A program made the position numbers and the translations under genes. The notes under the pieces were generated by a model. That model made no database searches and had not been told where the DNA came from. It saw only the letters and a program-made list of their open reading frames with translations. From an uncultured virus (IMG/VR IMGVR_UViG_3300027884_000001) (Duplodnaviria; Heunggongvirae; Uroviricota; Caudoviricetes), in the IMG/VR virus record IMGVR_UViG_3300027884_000001: a stretch of DNA of 64,000 bases. The stretch is one strand, 5' to 3'. Below, piece after piece: positions 17,582-27,517 of this stretch (positions within the stretch are counted from its first letter, which is position 1; the number at the start of each line of letters is the position of its first letter).

Positions 17582-17959
17582 ATGACCACGTCCAGCGCCA
17601 CTGTACCGTCCACCCTGCCTTTGCCGCCGTTCACGCTCCTGGCTGACCGCGTCTTGATCCTGCCAGACAAGGAGCCGGAGATGAGCCGTGGCGGGATCAT
17701 CATCCCCGAGACAGCCAACCGTCACGGCGACCGCGAGCTACTCACGGGCCGCGTCGTCAAGGTCGGTCCTGGAATGCTCATGGCCAACGGCGATCGGTTT
17801 CCGATGGCGGACTGCAAGATCGGTGACCGCGTCGCCTACTACAAGCACGGCACGGTCGTGGTGAAGATCGAAGAGGTGAAGTACCTGTCGATGCGCGACG
17901 ACAACGTGCACGCGGTGCTGGAGCCCGAGCCTGGCGACGAAGGGTATGTGGCGCCGTGA
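17582..17959 (+). CDS. groES: co-chaperonin GroES (Cpn10) family protein
   Basis: LADRVLI..E..SRGGIIIPETA...GRVVKVGPG...KIGDRV...YLSMRDDNVHAVLE. Confidence 0.9.
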   Translation: MTTSSATVPSTLPLPPFTLLADRVLILPDKEPEMSRGGIIIPETANRHGDRELLTGRVVKVGPGMLMANGDRFPMADCKIGDRVAYYKHGTVVVKIEEVKYLSMRDDNVHAVLEPEPGDEGYVAP

Positions 17960-18279
17960 CAACCCCGAGCCTTGCTCTGACGACCGTCCTGAACGTTGGC
18001 GCTCACCGCTTCGAACTTCTCGGCTACCACTGCCGCGATCTGTTCGTGAACTTGATCCCGTGCGTTGGCGGCTGGCTCGTGCAGGGGTTCTCAAAGTCGG
18101 ACATCGAGTGTCCTGAATGCGACGCACCAGCGAAAATGTACTGGACGCAAGACGGTAAGTGGGTCGAACAGGTGTACGTCGGTCCAGGTCGCGAAGCGCC
18201 CGACGGCGCAGTCTGGTCGTTCGATGAGCTGGCGAGACAACTGCCGCTGGCTGTCGCGGCTGCGAAGGAGGCGCCGTGA
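17956..18279 (+). CDS. hypothetical protein (CxxC)
   Basis: GTGA overlap. Confidence 0.55.
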   Translation: MTTPSLALTTVLNVGAHRFELLGYHCRDLFVNLIPCVGGWLVQGFSKSDIECPECDAPAKMYWTQDGKWVEQVYVGPGREAPDGAVWSFDELARQLPLAVAAAKEAP

Positions 18280-18659
18280 GCAGAGAGCACGACAAGAGGT
18301 TCGATGAGCACCGGCGCAAGCTCCGATTGCGTGAGCACGACGTCGTCGTGGGACTCACGTCCGCGACCGCGCGCCTCATCGGGTGCGCCGTACGCGATAG
18401 CGACGAGAGGGCGCTCGTCTCTGGAGCGTCGGGTCTCACGCAAGCCATTCATGGGCTCGAGACGTTCCGTGGCGCGGCTGGTTCAGACATCGGAATGGAA
18501 GAATCACTCATCGCCGTGCAGCAGATGATCCAGTGGATCAAGTCGCGCAACTACACGGCCGCGAGTGACGCGCTGGCCAAACGTCTGACGCAAGACGGGT
18601 TCATCGAGTCGATGGACGAGGCTCGCAAGGAACTCGGCTACAGGACGCCGCCGTCGTGA
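18276..18659 (+). CDS. hypothetical protein
   Basis: AAGGAGG RBS, GTGA overlap. Confidence 0.6.
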   Translation: MSREHDKRFDEHRRKLRLREHDVVVGLTSATARLIGCAVRDSDERALVSGASGLTQAIHGLETFRGAAGSDIGMEESLIAVQQMIQWIKSRNYTAASDALAKRLTQDGFIESMDEARKELGYRTPPS

Positions 18660-18853
18660 AGGTCATCGTCCGTCGCGGGTCCAGGGCGAAATGGAAGCGT
18701 CGATGCGAGTGCGACAAGTGCGGGTCGACGCTGGAAGTTGTCTTCGCAGACCTGAAACTCGTCGTCGATGTGCGCGAAGGCGACGCATACACTTTCCAGT
18801 GTCCCGTGTGCGGTCGCCAAACGTGGCTCGCGGCGGCCTTGGCGCCATCGTGA
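18656..18853 (+). CDS. zinc-ribbon protein
   Basis: CDKC...CPVC. Confidence 0.65.
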   Translation: MKVIVRRGSRAKWKRRCECDKCGSTLEVVFADLKLVVDVREGDAYTFQCPVCGRQTWLAAALAPS

Positions 18854-18949
18854 TCGCTCGCATCCTGAACCCAGGCCTCATCGCGGGCCTGCTCGGCGCG
18901 GCAGCTTGCCTCGCGGCGCTCGCGTACAGCTGCTGGTAGACTCGCATGC

Positions 18950-19162
18950 ATGGGAAGCACGCTCCGCAACGACACCAGCATCGCCGTCTTTGCCAGCCGG
19001 CTGGCAAAGTGCATGGAGAAGCGCAAAGACCTGACCTTCGGACAGCTGCTCTACGAAGCGCTGCAACAGGGCGATCAGCCGGTTGACGCCGCACTGAACC
19101 TGCGTAGGTTCACCGACACGCAGCTGATCGAAGCAGTCGAGAGGTTCGTACTCAAGGGGTGA
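18950..19162 (+). CDS. hypothetical protein
   Basis: DLTFGQLL motif; fits operon. Confidence 0.55.
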   Translation: MGSTLRNDTSIAVFASRLAKCMEKRKDLTFGQLLYEALQQGDQPVDAALNLRRFTDTQLIEAVERFVLKG

Positions 19163-19167
19163 TTGTC

Positions 19168-19704
19168 ATGGCGAGGCCGAAGAAGAAGAGCGTCGAGAGA
19201 AAAGCGGTTCCGAAGACCAAGGCGCGCGAATTGATCGGAACGGCGGTCGGCGCGGCCGTGGGCTCGGTCATCGGTCGACTCTTCGCCGAGGACCCGGACG
19301 GGTTCGTGAAGATCGTGATGGATAACGTCGGCAAGCTACAGGCGACTGGCGCATGGAACATCCCCGGCGCGCCCGTCGGGGAACCGATGCAGCCCGATCC
19401 GCACGAGCACGACTGGTTCAAGGGCGGCCGCGCCGCAGCGCAATGGCTCGCCGCGCCGGAAGACCACAAGGACCACGCGTTCGCGATGGGCTTCGACGCG
19501 CAGCCTGGCAGATCGGCCTGTGGTGCGCTCTACTTGAAGGAGCCTTTCTACCTGCTCGCCTCAAAGGGGCGGTGTTCCGAATGCGAAAAGGTTCTCGTCG
19601 ACAACAACTACGACATCAGCGATGTGCGACCGCGGCCGCCGGGATCGAGCGGGGCTTCCGCGCCACATGGGAAGAGATCTCGCTCGAAGAAAGCGAAAGG
19701 ATAG
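19168..19704 (+). CDS. hypothetical protein with hydrophobic segment and Zn-binding-like motif
   Basis: GTAVGAAVGSVIG; HA...ACG...RCSEC. Confidence 0.55.
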   Translation: MARPKKKSVERKAVPKTKARELIGTAVGAAVGSVIGRLFAEDPDGFVKIVMDNVGKLQATGAWNIPGAPVGEPMQPDPHEHDWFKGGRAAAQWLAAPEDHKDHAFAMGFDAQPGRSACGALYLKEPFYLLASKGRCSECEKVLVDNNYDISDVRPRPPGSSGASAPHGKRSRSKKAKG

Positions 19705-19713
19705 GTCGCGGTC

Positions 19714-20094
19714 ATGGCGTTCACCTGCCCTCGATGCGGTGGCCACGCGTTCCGATCTATCACTCTCCGCGATGGGTCGATCGAGCGCGAGTGCAGGGGC
19801 ACGATCGTCGACAGCTTGGAAGTATCGCTCGTCAAGGACGACGCTCCGCAGCCGTTGCCGTCGAACTCTGTGGCCGTGGGTCGACCGGGCCTGTTGCGAG
19901 CAAAACGCGCCGCCACGCGTGACGCGGCGCTGGCGCTCTACGAGCAGTCGACCGCGCCGCCACCGCCGCCGGACGCGCCGCCCGTTCCACCCATCCCGAC
20001 ACACACGCACCGGCACCAGCGCGCATGCATTTTCATCTGGCCTGCATCTGACGACGGGCTCTACGGTGTCGAGGCTTCTGAAGTAGCGAGCTAG
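19714..20094 (+). CDS. zinc-ribbon hypothetical protein
   Basis: MAFTCPRCGG. Confidence 0.5.
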   Translation: MAFTCPRCGGHAFRSITLRDGSIERECRGTIVDSLEVSLVKDDAPQPLPSNSVAVGRPGLLRAKRAATRDAALALYEQSTAPPPPPDAPPVPPIPTHTHRHQRACIFIWPASDDGLYGVEASEVAS

Positions 20095-20131
20095 CTGGCT
20101 GTAGAGACGGAGTTGCGCTAGGTTGGCGGCC

Positions 20132-20977
20132 ATGAATTCCGCTACCGCAGCCGTGTACCTCGTCGCTCTCGCCCTGGCGATCAAGATCGCCCTCGGGGCC
20201 GTCCAGAGCGGCACATTCAACCAGATCCTGGCCAAGTTCTCGATCCCACCGATCCCGACAGCTGTCTTCCCATGGGTAGGCGCAGGGCTCGGTCTGGCCG
20301 CCGGCATCGTGAAGTCGGAACAGGCTGGATCCACGCTGAGCTACGCGGTGGCGCAGTCCATCGTGACGCTCCTGACGGGCAGCGCGGCAGCGATGCACCT
20401 GGAGTTCATCAGCGGCCGAGACCCGGTCGTCGGCTGGAAGAAGAAGAGCGGCGGCAACGGCGGCGGCAGCGTCATCGTGAAGGTCGATCCTGTGACGGAA
20501 GAGGCCAAGAAGGTCCCGCCGGTTCCGCCGGTGGCGGGCGCGATGTGGGGCGCGCAGTGGACGCGGCGCGCAGCCGTCTCTGCAGCGCTCGGTCTGTCGA
20601 TGATGCTCGTAGCGTGCGGCTGGTGGAACTCCGGCGGCGGCGGTCAGGTGGTCACCGCAACCGAACAGCAGGTCGCGTGCGTCCTGGCGCAGGTCGAGGT
20701 TGGCAACGTCGATCCGATCGCGGTAGCTGGCGCTTGCCTCGGCGGCACGCTCGCCGACTTCGTGAAGATCGTCGAGTCGATCTTCGCGTACTACACGACA
20801 CCCGCGCCGCTTCCCGACGCCGGCCCCGCGCCGCTCGTCGCGGGCGGGCTCTGCGGGGCCGATGGCGCGGCGCCACCGTACCCTGGCGCACCGAAGTGCT
20901 TGCCGTTCGCGGTGCTCGCGAACCTTCACACGATGCATGACCAGGCCAAGACTGCGGTCGCCGGAGGTGCAAAATGA
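20132..20977 (+). CDS. multi-pass membrane protein with internal lipobox-like segment (holin/spanin candidate)
   Basis: Three N-terminal hydrophobic helices; internal LSMMLVAC; directly upstream of a peptidase. Confidence 0.55.
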   Translation: MNSATAAVYLVALALAIKIALGAVQSGTFNQILAKFSIPPIPTAVFPWVGAGLGLAAGIVKSEQAGSTLSYAVAQSIVTLLTGSAAAMHLEFISGRDPVVGWKKKSGGNGGGSVIVKVDPVTEEAKKVPPVPPVAGAMWGAQWTRRAAVSAALGLSMMLVACGWWNSGGGGQVVTATEQQVACVLAQVEVGNVDPIAVAGACLGGTLADFVKIVESIFAYYTTPAPLPDAGPAPLVAGGLCGADGAAPPYPGAPKCLPFAVLANLHTMHDQAKTAVAGGAK

Positions 20978-22017
20978 GACGCGTCGTCTACGGTCGAGTG
21001 ATCGGAGCTTGCAGGCTGCCGCAGCAGCACACGCTTCTTCACGCTCCCAAGTTCAAGACGTTTCTCAAAGCTGGAGCGATCCCGTCGTCGCCGGCCGACA
21101 TCGACTGGTCATCGGCCGCGATCACCGTCATCGAAGACATCGAGGGCAACGACAAGTGGGGTGACTGCGTCGAGGCCGAAGACGCGCACTACATCGCGGT
21201 GCTCACGGGCAACGCGAACACACTCTTCGCGTACACCGACGCCCAGGCGCTGGCGGACTACAGCGCCATCACGGGCTTCAACCAGAACGACCCGAGCACC
21301 GATCAGGGCACCGATCCCGTAGCGGACCTGAACTACCGCGTGACCAACGGCTACGCGGACGGCAGCAAGGACGCGGGCTGGGCACTCGTCGATGCGACCA
21401 ACCAGGCCGAGGTGCAGTACGCTCTCGCAGAGTTCGGCAACCTCAAGATGTGGTTCGGCATCCCCGACAGCATCGTGAGCAGTATCTCGTCGCTGCAGAG
21501 CGGCTTCGTCTGGGACGTGAGCGAAGGCGCTGCCGACCAGAACAACGGTCACTGCATCGGCTCGTGCGGCTACAATCCGGCTACGATCCTCGCCGTTGGC
21601 GTGACCGCGCAGGGACTGCTCGTGATGACCTGGGGCATGCTTGGCCTCATCACGTGGGCCGCCGTGGCAGCGTGGTTCGTTCCTTCGCAGAGCGGCGGCA
21701 TGGCCGTACGCGTTTCGATGGACTGGGTCAACAAGAAGAGCGACACGGCTCCGAGCGGTCTGGATGCCGTGGCAATGATCACAGCGTTCAACCAGTACTT
21801 CGGCGGCAGCGTCCCGGTGCCGTCGCCTTCGCCGACGCCACCGACGCCGCCAGGACCGACTCCCCCGCCGGTCCCCACGGGACCTCTCACGCTCGCCGCA
21901 GCGCAGGCGGCTGTCGCGACGGCCATCAACGCGGCCGACGCGCTCGAGACGCGGCAGCAGGCCATCGACGCGGCCGACGCGGGGCTCGCCACGCTGACCG
22001 GATGGGCGACGTCGTGA
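20974..22017 (+). CDS. papain-like cysteine peptidase (endolysin candidate)
   Basis: DIDW...GNDKWGDCV...NGHCI...VMTWG; GGAGG RBS. Confidence 0.7.
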   Translation: MRRVVYGRVIGACRLPQQHTLLHAPKFKTFLKAGAIPSSPADIDWSSAAITVIEDIEGNDKWGDCVEAEDAHYIAVLTGNANTLFAYTDAQALADYSAITGFNQNDPSTDQGTDPVADLNYRVTNGYADGSKDAGWALVDATNQAEVQYALAEFGNLKMWFGIPDSIVSSISSLQSGFVWDVSEGAADQNNGHCIGSCGYNPATILAVGVTAQGLLVMTWGMLGLITWAAVAAWFVPSQSGGMAVRVSMDWVNKKSDTAPSGLDAVAMITAFNQYFGGSVPVPSPSPTPPTPPGPTPPPVPTGPLTLAAAQAAVATAINAADALETRQQAIDAADAGLATLTGWATS

Positions 22018-22247
22018 AGCTCGCTCTCTTGACGCTCACGGTCATCGCGTGCCAGCCGTCCTCAGCTCCGGCCGCGATGACCGACCAGAGCGTGTACAAC
22101 GAGCTGGTGGACAGCGGCTGTCTCGCGGCGTCTGACGGGGGCGTCGCTGCGGTCGCAGCGGAGCGCGCATCGCCCAACCCCGCATGGCTCAACTGCCTCT
22201 ACGGGGGCGGATCGATCACCGGCTGCCAGGTTCCCTGCACCAAGTGA
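22014..22247 (+). CDS. small lipoprotein
   Basis: MKLALLTLTVIAC lipobox; GTGA overlap. Confidence 0.65.
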   Translation: MKLALLTLTVIACQPSSAPAAMTDQSVYNELVDSGCLAASDGGVAAVAAERASPNPAWLNCLYGGGSITGCQVPCTK

Positions 22248-22440
22248 GTCGCCGCGTCGCGTATCACGACGTCGGCGCGTTGGTGCCGTGGTGGAAGCTG
22301 ATCCTTGGGTGGCCTGCGGAGCGGATCGGCTGGTACGATCTGCGAGACTGGTGTCTGAGCTTCGAGGTCAAGTCATGTTCATCATCTTCGTAGGAGTCAT
22401 CGTCGTCGGTTTCGTGGTGGTCGCCGCCGCCGGGTGACCC

Positions 22441-22632
22441 GTGGCCGATCGGCGACGCTTCACGCCAGAAGAGACGCCCACCGGGGTGACCTGCCTCGCA
22501 TGTGGGGGCGACTGGCGGAAGGAAAGCGACGACGGCGCCAAACACTCGCTGTCGGTTTGCAACTGGTGCCTGCACGGTTTCATGAACAAGACGCAGGTGG
22601 CCACGTGGAAGGGCCGAAAACGCAAGCCGTAG
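22441..22632 (+). CDS. zinc-finger hypothetical protein
   Basis: CLACGG...CNWC. Confidence 0.55.
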   Translation: MADRRRFTPEETPTGVTCLACGGDWRKESDDGAKHSLSVCNWCLHGFMNKTQVATWKGRKRKP

Positions 22633-22674
22633 TCGCCCCTTGCGCACCGCCGCAGCGGTCGCTACGTCGTAGAT

Positions 22675-23091
22675 GTGACCGAGGAAGCCACAAGAGTCCG
22701 GCGCAAGCCGGCCCGTCGCCGTAGCCGAATGTCTGACAGTCAGGGGCAGAAGCGACCGGTCAGCGCCAAGCGCGCTGCAGCGATCGATGCGTCCGCCTGG
22801 AAGCGAGCCTGCGACGAGATCACGGCGTCGATCCTGTCCGACCAGCTGAAAAAGTCGGGTCGTCTCTGCATCGATCCCGAGATCGTGGCGGGCGCCATGA
22901 AGGATCGTGTTGCCCAGGCTAAGATCGATCTGGGCACGCATGACCCGACAGCGGTCGACTGCTTCTGCCGGCACCACGCCATCATCATGGTCGGGGCGCT
23001 GCAGCAGTCCAAGATGACCGGCTCGAACCCGGGCCACCTCTTCGACGCCGCGCGCGGTCTTCTCGAACGGTACATAGCAGGGAGGAGCTGA
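22675..23091 (+). CDS. hypothetical protein
   Basis: Preceded by TTGCGC-17-TACGTC. Confidence 0.55.
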   Translation: MTEEATRVRRKPARRRSRMSDSQGQKRPVSAKRAAAIDASAWKRACDEITASILSDQLKKSGRLCIDPEIVAGAMKDRVAQAKIDLGTHDPTAVDCFCRHHAIIMVGALQQSKMTGSNPGHLFDAARGLLERYIAGRS

Positions 23092-23288
23092 TGGCTTCAC
23101 GAAGGATCGAATTGCCGCCCGCGTTGACCAACGTCCTCATCGGCCTTGGTAACTTCGCCGGTCGTCACGTGGCCGAAGGTGTCAAGCGCACGCGGTCGAG
23201 CGCCCTCAAGGAAGTGCGCGACATGCTCAAGCGCGCCAGCGAGATCGCCGACGCGGCAGCGAAGGAAGATGACGAGCGCGACGAGTAA
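23091..23288 (+). CDS. hypothetical protein
   Basis: GGAGG RBS, stop/start overlap. Confidence 0.6.
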   Translation: MASRRIELPPALTNVLIGLGNFAGRHVAEGVKRTRSSALKEVRDMLKRASEIADAAAKEDDERDE

Positions 23289-23303
23289 GGAAGGAAGACG
23301 GTC

Positions 23304-23714
23304 ATGAGCGAAGACGAGCGCGACGAACACGAGGAGCACATCAAGAAGCACTTGGCGCAGGCCGAAGCCTCGCTCAAGCGCACGACCGAGCAGATCATGG
23401 GCTCGATGATGGAGCAGATGGCTCCGATGCTCATGGGCAGCCAGATGGTTGGCGACGAGGCGAAGGCGTGGGACGGGTACGTGTGCGCTGTGATGCGCGA
23501 CACAAGTCTCACGACAGCGACCGCCGTGAACATGGCCGATACGCTTCTCGCTGAGCGTCGCCGACGCTTCAACAAGGAAGCGTTCGCCGAGCAAATGCGC
23601 GGCATGCTTCCGAGCGGCCGCGGGCTCTGCGACAAGCCGATCCTGCGAAACAACGGCGACGACACAGGTCATCGGTGTACGCGCAACGCCGATCACCTGC
23701 CGCCCTGCTACTGA
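23304..23714 (+). CDS. hypothetical protein
   Basis: AAGGA RBS; C-terminal C..C..H..C. Confidence 0.6.
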   Translation: MSEDERDEHEEHIKKHLAQAEASLKRTTEQIMGSMMEQMAPMLMGSQMVGDEAKAWDGYVCAVMRDTSLTTATAVNMADTLLAERRRRFNKEAFAEQMRGMLPSGRGLCDKPILRNNGDDTGHRCTRNADHLPPCY

Positions 23715-23726
23715 GAGGCGCGTTCC

Positions 23727-23999
23727 ATGAGCAAAGCGTTCGATCACGCTCAGCACGTCGCCTCGAACATCGTCAAGAAGTACGGCATGCCTGACTGGTT
23801 TCTCGGCACCGGCGTCGACGCGGATGGTCGCGCCATCACGATTCGTGTCGCGCACGGCTTCAGGGACCGCATCGACGAGCCGAAGACAATCGACGGTGTC
23901 CGCATCCGCGTCATCGAGCGCGAGATGGCCAGGCCTCGATCACTCACTCCGGTCGTTCATCAGTACGATGGCCGCAAGCTGCCGAAGATGCTCGGATGA
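23727..23999 (+). CDS. hypothetical protein
   Basis: GAGG RBS. Confidence 0.55.
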   Translation: MSKAFDHAQHVASNIVKKYGMPDWFLGTGVDADGRAITIRVAHGFRDRIDEPKTIDGVRIRVIEREMARPRSLTPVVHQYDGRKLPKMLG

Positions 24000-24463
24000 C
24001 GCCGTTCCGCGCTCACCCGACGATCCGGTGCAAGACCCACGGCGACTTGCGGTGGGGAGGCCACATCGTCTGCACGACGATTCTCGAGGACGGACGTCTC
24101 TGCGGCGCGGCGTACACGACCCGGGATGAGTCGCTGTCGACGCACGCGCCCCCGCGGTGCCGCAGCTGCGGCGAGCGCCTGCTGCCGGTGCCAGGTTCGG
24201 CGGTCAAGGAGCGCAGCACGTACACGGCTCGGGCGTATTGTCCGCTGTGCTTCACCAACACGCCGCGAGCCAAACGTGGGGCGCACGACATGGGCGATCC
24301 CAAGTGCGAAGGCGAAACGTGTCCGTTCCATGGACCGCAGATCAAGAAGCTCCAGCGTCGCGTTCAGCGAGCTGGCTCACATAGCAAGTCTCCAGAGGAG
24401 TCGAAGAGCGTCGAGATCCAGGTGCCCGGTGTGCTCGGCACGTTCGAGGTGTCACGTGGCTGA
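23996..24463 (+). CDS. Cys-rich zinc-binding protein
   Basis: Multiple CxxC/CxxH; ATGA overlap. Confidence 0.6.
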   Translation: MTPFRAHPTIRCKTHGDLRWGGHIVCTTILEDGRLCGAAYTTRDESLSTHAPPRCRSCGERLLPVPGSAVKERSTYTARAYCPLCFTNTPRAKRGAHDMGDPKCEGETCPFHGPQIKKLQRRVQRAGSHSKSPEESKSVEIQVPGVLGTFEVSRG

Positions 24464-24962
24464 CGTACAGATCTGGAGCCGTCCGTCCGGCCTCATCATC
24501 CGTCGCGTGAGCGGATGCGTCTTTCGATCGGCGCAGCCGAAGGATCTGGCCGACTGGGAGTTCATGCGCGACTCGCTCGGCATCGACACGGTCGTCAAGC
24601 TCAACACCGAGAGCGAGGGCAGCGACAAGGGTGGCCGGGCGCTCGGGTTCGCCGTGCACGACTACGCCATCCCGCCCATCGGCGACGGTCCGATCCTCCA
24701 AGAGATCGCGGGCATCTTCGAGCGCCCGAACATGGGCAAGATCGAGGAAGCGATGGAGATCGCCGCCGCTGGCAACTGCCTGGTCCACTGCACGCACGGG
24801 GAAGACCGAACGGGTCTGGTATGCGGCATCTACCGGGTGCGCTACGATGGCTGGAGCACCAAAGAGGCCTGGGACGAGATGATTGCGCTCGGCTACCATC
24901 CGGAGTTCATCGGTCTGGACCGTGCGTGGTTCATGGAGTGCAGCGCAGGGAGAGGGGTATGA
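24456..24962 (+). CDS. protein-tyrosine/dual-specificity phosphatase family protein
   Basis: VFRSAQP...GIDTVVKL...LVHCTHGEDRTG (HCx5R). Confidence 0.85.
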   Translation: MADVQIWSRPSGLIIRRVSGCVFRSAQPKDLADWEFMRDSLGIDTVVKLNTESEGSDKGGRALGFAVHDYAIPPIGDGPILQEIAGIFERPNMGKIEEAMEIAAAGNCLVHCTHGEDRTGLVCGIYRVRYDGWSTKEAWDEMIALGYHPEFIGLDRAWFMECSAGRGV

Positions 24963-25444
24963 CCAAGATCGCAGATGCCACGTGTCCGAGCTGTCACGCG
25001 TCGCTCGAGGTCAACGAGACGATCCATCCCGAGCCGCACGAACTGTCGCGCATCCGGCGCGTCCTGCGACGGGTGGGTCGGTTTCTGATCGCGGTATCGC
25101 AGATCGGTCAGTACGTCCCCGAAGCCACCGAGACACGTCGCGTCGACGAGCCTGTTGTCGATCGTGTTCCACGATGCGGCGTCGTCATCACCAGGGGTCC
25201 AGTCTCTCCGTGGGGCAGCCTGCGCAGATCCGACCGTCGTGTCTGCGACCAGCCAGCGCCGAACTTCCGACGCGCGACCGATCCGAGGCGCTTCGGTCCT
25301 TATACGGACGACGTGAGCCTGGCCGTCTGCGATGAGTGTGCCGCGCGCTGGGTGGCTGGGCTTCCGCGCTGGCGAGACGAGTCCGAGATCCTCGTCGACA
25401 TGCGCGAGAAGAACGGCGCCAGCGACGTTGCAGCCAAGACCTGA
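24959..25444 (+). CDS. hypothetical protein (CxxC)
   Basis: ATGA overlap, GAGGGG RBS. Confidence 0.55.
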   Translation: MTKIADATCPSCHASLEVNETIHPEPHELSRIRRVLRRVGRFLIAVSQIGQYVPEATETRRVDEPVVDRVPRCGVVITRGPVSPWGSLRRSDRRVCDQPAPNFRRATDPRRFGPYTDDVSLAVCDECAARWVAGLPRWRDESEILVDMREKNGASDVAAKT

Positions 25445-25449
25445 TCTCG

Positions 25450-25713
25450 ATGGCCGACGCAGAGATCATCCGGCTCGACATCGTCCGCGCGCAGCGGGCC
25501 CTCGAGAAGTTTCGCGGGCGCCACGATCGCACGGCGGTCGACACGCTCTACGGGCCGGCGAAGCTAGGACTGAGCGAGGCGGAGATCCAGGCGCTGCGTA
25601 CCACGGAGCTGGCAGAAGTGCGTCGGCAGCGGGGCTCGGCGCACTGGAAGGTGACGCTCACGGCGATGGGCCGCAGGGAGCGGGACAAGAAGCAGTCGCG
25701 CCGCGCGGAGTGA
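25450..25713 (+). CDS. hypothetical, possibly winged-helix protein
   Basis: Ends KVTLTAMGR. Confidence 0.45.
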   Translation: MADAEIIRLDIVRAQRALEKFRGRHDRTAVDTLYGPAKLGLSEAEIQALRTTELAEVRRQRGSAHWKVTLTAMGRRERDKKQSRRAE

Positions 25714-25717
25714 CCGG

Positions 25718-25951
25718 CTACGGCTGCACCACCTTCGCCATGGTGGCCGACGAACTTCGCGACAGCTGCATGATGCGCTCGCGTGCGCCATTGGTCGTAG
25801 CGTCGAAAACGAAGACAGAGATTCCGTCGACGAACATCGAGACGTCCCTCGGGAATTCGAGAAGGACGCTCTCCACGAAGTCGCGCGCCCGCGCCTCGCT
25901 CTCGAAGACGACGAGGTATGTGGGGACCTTGTAGCCGTCTCTGTCGTCCAC
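25718..25951 (-). CDS. hypothetical protein
   Basis: 77 aa ORF filling a gap. Confidence 0.5.
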   Translation of the reverse strand: MDDRDGYKVPTYLVVFESEARARDFVESVLLEFPRDVSMFVDGISVFVFDATTNGARERIMQLSRSSSATMAKVVQP

Positions 25952-26021
25952 GCGGCACAGGGTAGCCCGGAAGGGTACGAGCTAGCCTCCAGGCTGGCTG
26001 TTGGGTAGGCTTGGTCCGGAC

Positions 26022-26642
26022 GTGAACTTCGAGGTCCTGCACCGCGACCCGCTCATCCTGTTCGTGCCCGAGTTCGTCTCGGCAGAGGAAGCGGCGTACC
26101 TGATCGCGGCCGGCGACCGCTTCATGGAGCGATCGAAGGTCGTCTGCAACGATCCGGACGGCTGCATCGACGCGCGGCGCACCAGCGAGAGCGCGCACCT
26201 TGGGCTCGACCCGAACGCGGAATCGATCCGGCAGCGCGCGCGCGATTTCTCGAGACTGGCGACCTGCGAGACCCTGCAGGTCGTGCGCTACGACGTCGGG
26301 CAGGAGTTCAAGCCGCACCTGGACCAGTTCGACACGTCGACCGATGTCGGCCGGCGCGAGGTTCGGACCGGCGGACAACGCGGTGCGACATTCCTGGTGT
26401 ACCTCAACGAGCCGGCCGCTGGGGGCGCGACCGTGTTTCCGGAGGTCGGGTTGTCGGTGCTGCCGAAAGCGCGTGCAGCGGTCTTCTGGCGGCACCAGCT
26501 CCCCAACGGCAGGACCGACCCCCGGACGCTCCACGGGGGCGCCCCGGTTACAGCCGGAGTGAAATACGTAATGAACTGCTGGCTGAGGCTTCCGCGCGAT
26601 CCTCAACTAAATCCGCAGCTGTCTCCGTCTAACGTAAGGTGA
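26022..26642 (+). CDS. prolyl 4-hydroxylase-like 2OG-Fe(II) oxygenase
   Basis: RTSE..., ETLQVVRY..GQEFKPHLD, TFLVYLN...GGATVF, LHGGAPV..GVKY..NCW; start uncertain. Confidence 0.9.
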   Translation: MNFEVLHRDPLILFVPEFVSAEEAAYLIAAGDRFMERSKVVCNDPDGCIDARRTSESAHLGLDPNAESIRQRARDFSRLATCETLQVVRYDVGQEFKPHLDQFDTSTDVGRREVRTGGQRGATFLVYLNEPAAGGATVFPEVGLSVLPKARAAVFWRHQLPNGRTDPRTLHGGAPVTAGVKYVMNCWLRLPRDPQLNPQLSPSNVR

Positions 26643-27394
26643 GAGATCCCAACGTGAGGTGTCCGAAGCATCCGGGCAGGCCTGCGAAAACGCGTGGTCT
26701 GTGCGGCTCGTGTTACGAGCGATGGCTTGAGGCGAGAGATCCGGCATACCTGGAACGTCGTCGCGCGAGAAGTAGTGCGCGAGCAAAAATTGAACGGATC
26801 AAGGGTGCGGCTAAGGTGCGCCACACAAAGTGGAGGCATGCACAGTCAGAGACGAAGCGAAGGGCTCGGTGGCTGTGGGCAACGTATCGACTGACCAGCG
26901 GGCAGTACGAGGAACTTCGGGAGGCGCAAGGAGATGCCTGCAAGCTGTGCCGCAAGTCGTTCTCGACGCCGAAGACGATCCATGTCGACCACAAGCACGG
27001 CACGACCATCGTGCGTGGGTTGCTGTGTCACAAGTGCAACCTCGGCCTCGGACATTTTGAGGACAACGCCGATGTTCTGCGTCGTGCCGCCGAATACGTG
27101 GACACGGTCGCCATCGACAACTCGCCGAACAGGAACGCGGTGCCGCGTCACCTGCGCGTTCAGCAGGAACGTTTGCACGCGCGCAAGTACACGTTCTTGG
27201 CAGCCGTTCGCAAGATGTCTGACGACCATGTGAAGGCGCAGACGATTGGACGCGTTCGGGATCTGGTCCGCAGCGGCATGAACATTCGGCAGGCTGGCGA
27301 AGTCGTTGGATCTGATCATGCGTACGGGACACTGTGTCGTTGGATGCGGGAACCGACACCGATCCACGTTGAGGACATCGGCTACGGTTGCTGA
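26639..27394 (+). CDS. endonuclease VII-family homing endonuclease
   Basis: YRLT..QY...Q...CKLC...HVDHKH...VRGLLCHKCNLGLG. Confidence 0.9.
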   Translation: MRDPNVRCPKHPGRPAKTRGLCGSCYERWLEARDPAYLERRRARSSARAKIERIKGAAKVRHTKWRHAQSETKRRARWLWATYRLTSGQYEELREAQGDACKLCRKSFSTPKTIHVDHKHGTTIVRGLLCHKCNLGLGHFEDNADVLRRAAEYVDTVAIDNSPNRNAVPRHLRVQQERLHARKYTFLAAVRKMSDDHVKAQTIGRVRDLVRSGMNIRQAGEVVGSDHAYGTLCRWMREPTPIHVEDIGYGC

Positions 27395-27517
27395 AAACGG
27401 CTCCCACAACAGCCAGCTGGCACGCAGATCAACCCCCAGTTGCAGCCCAGGGGTGTCTAGGGGTACGCTCTGACGCATGAGCCCGAAGGTTACAGGCGCC
27501 CTCAGTGGCGGACTGGC

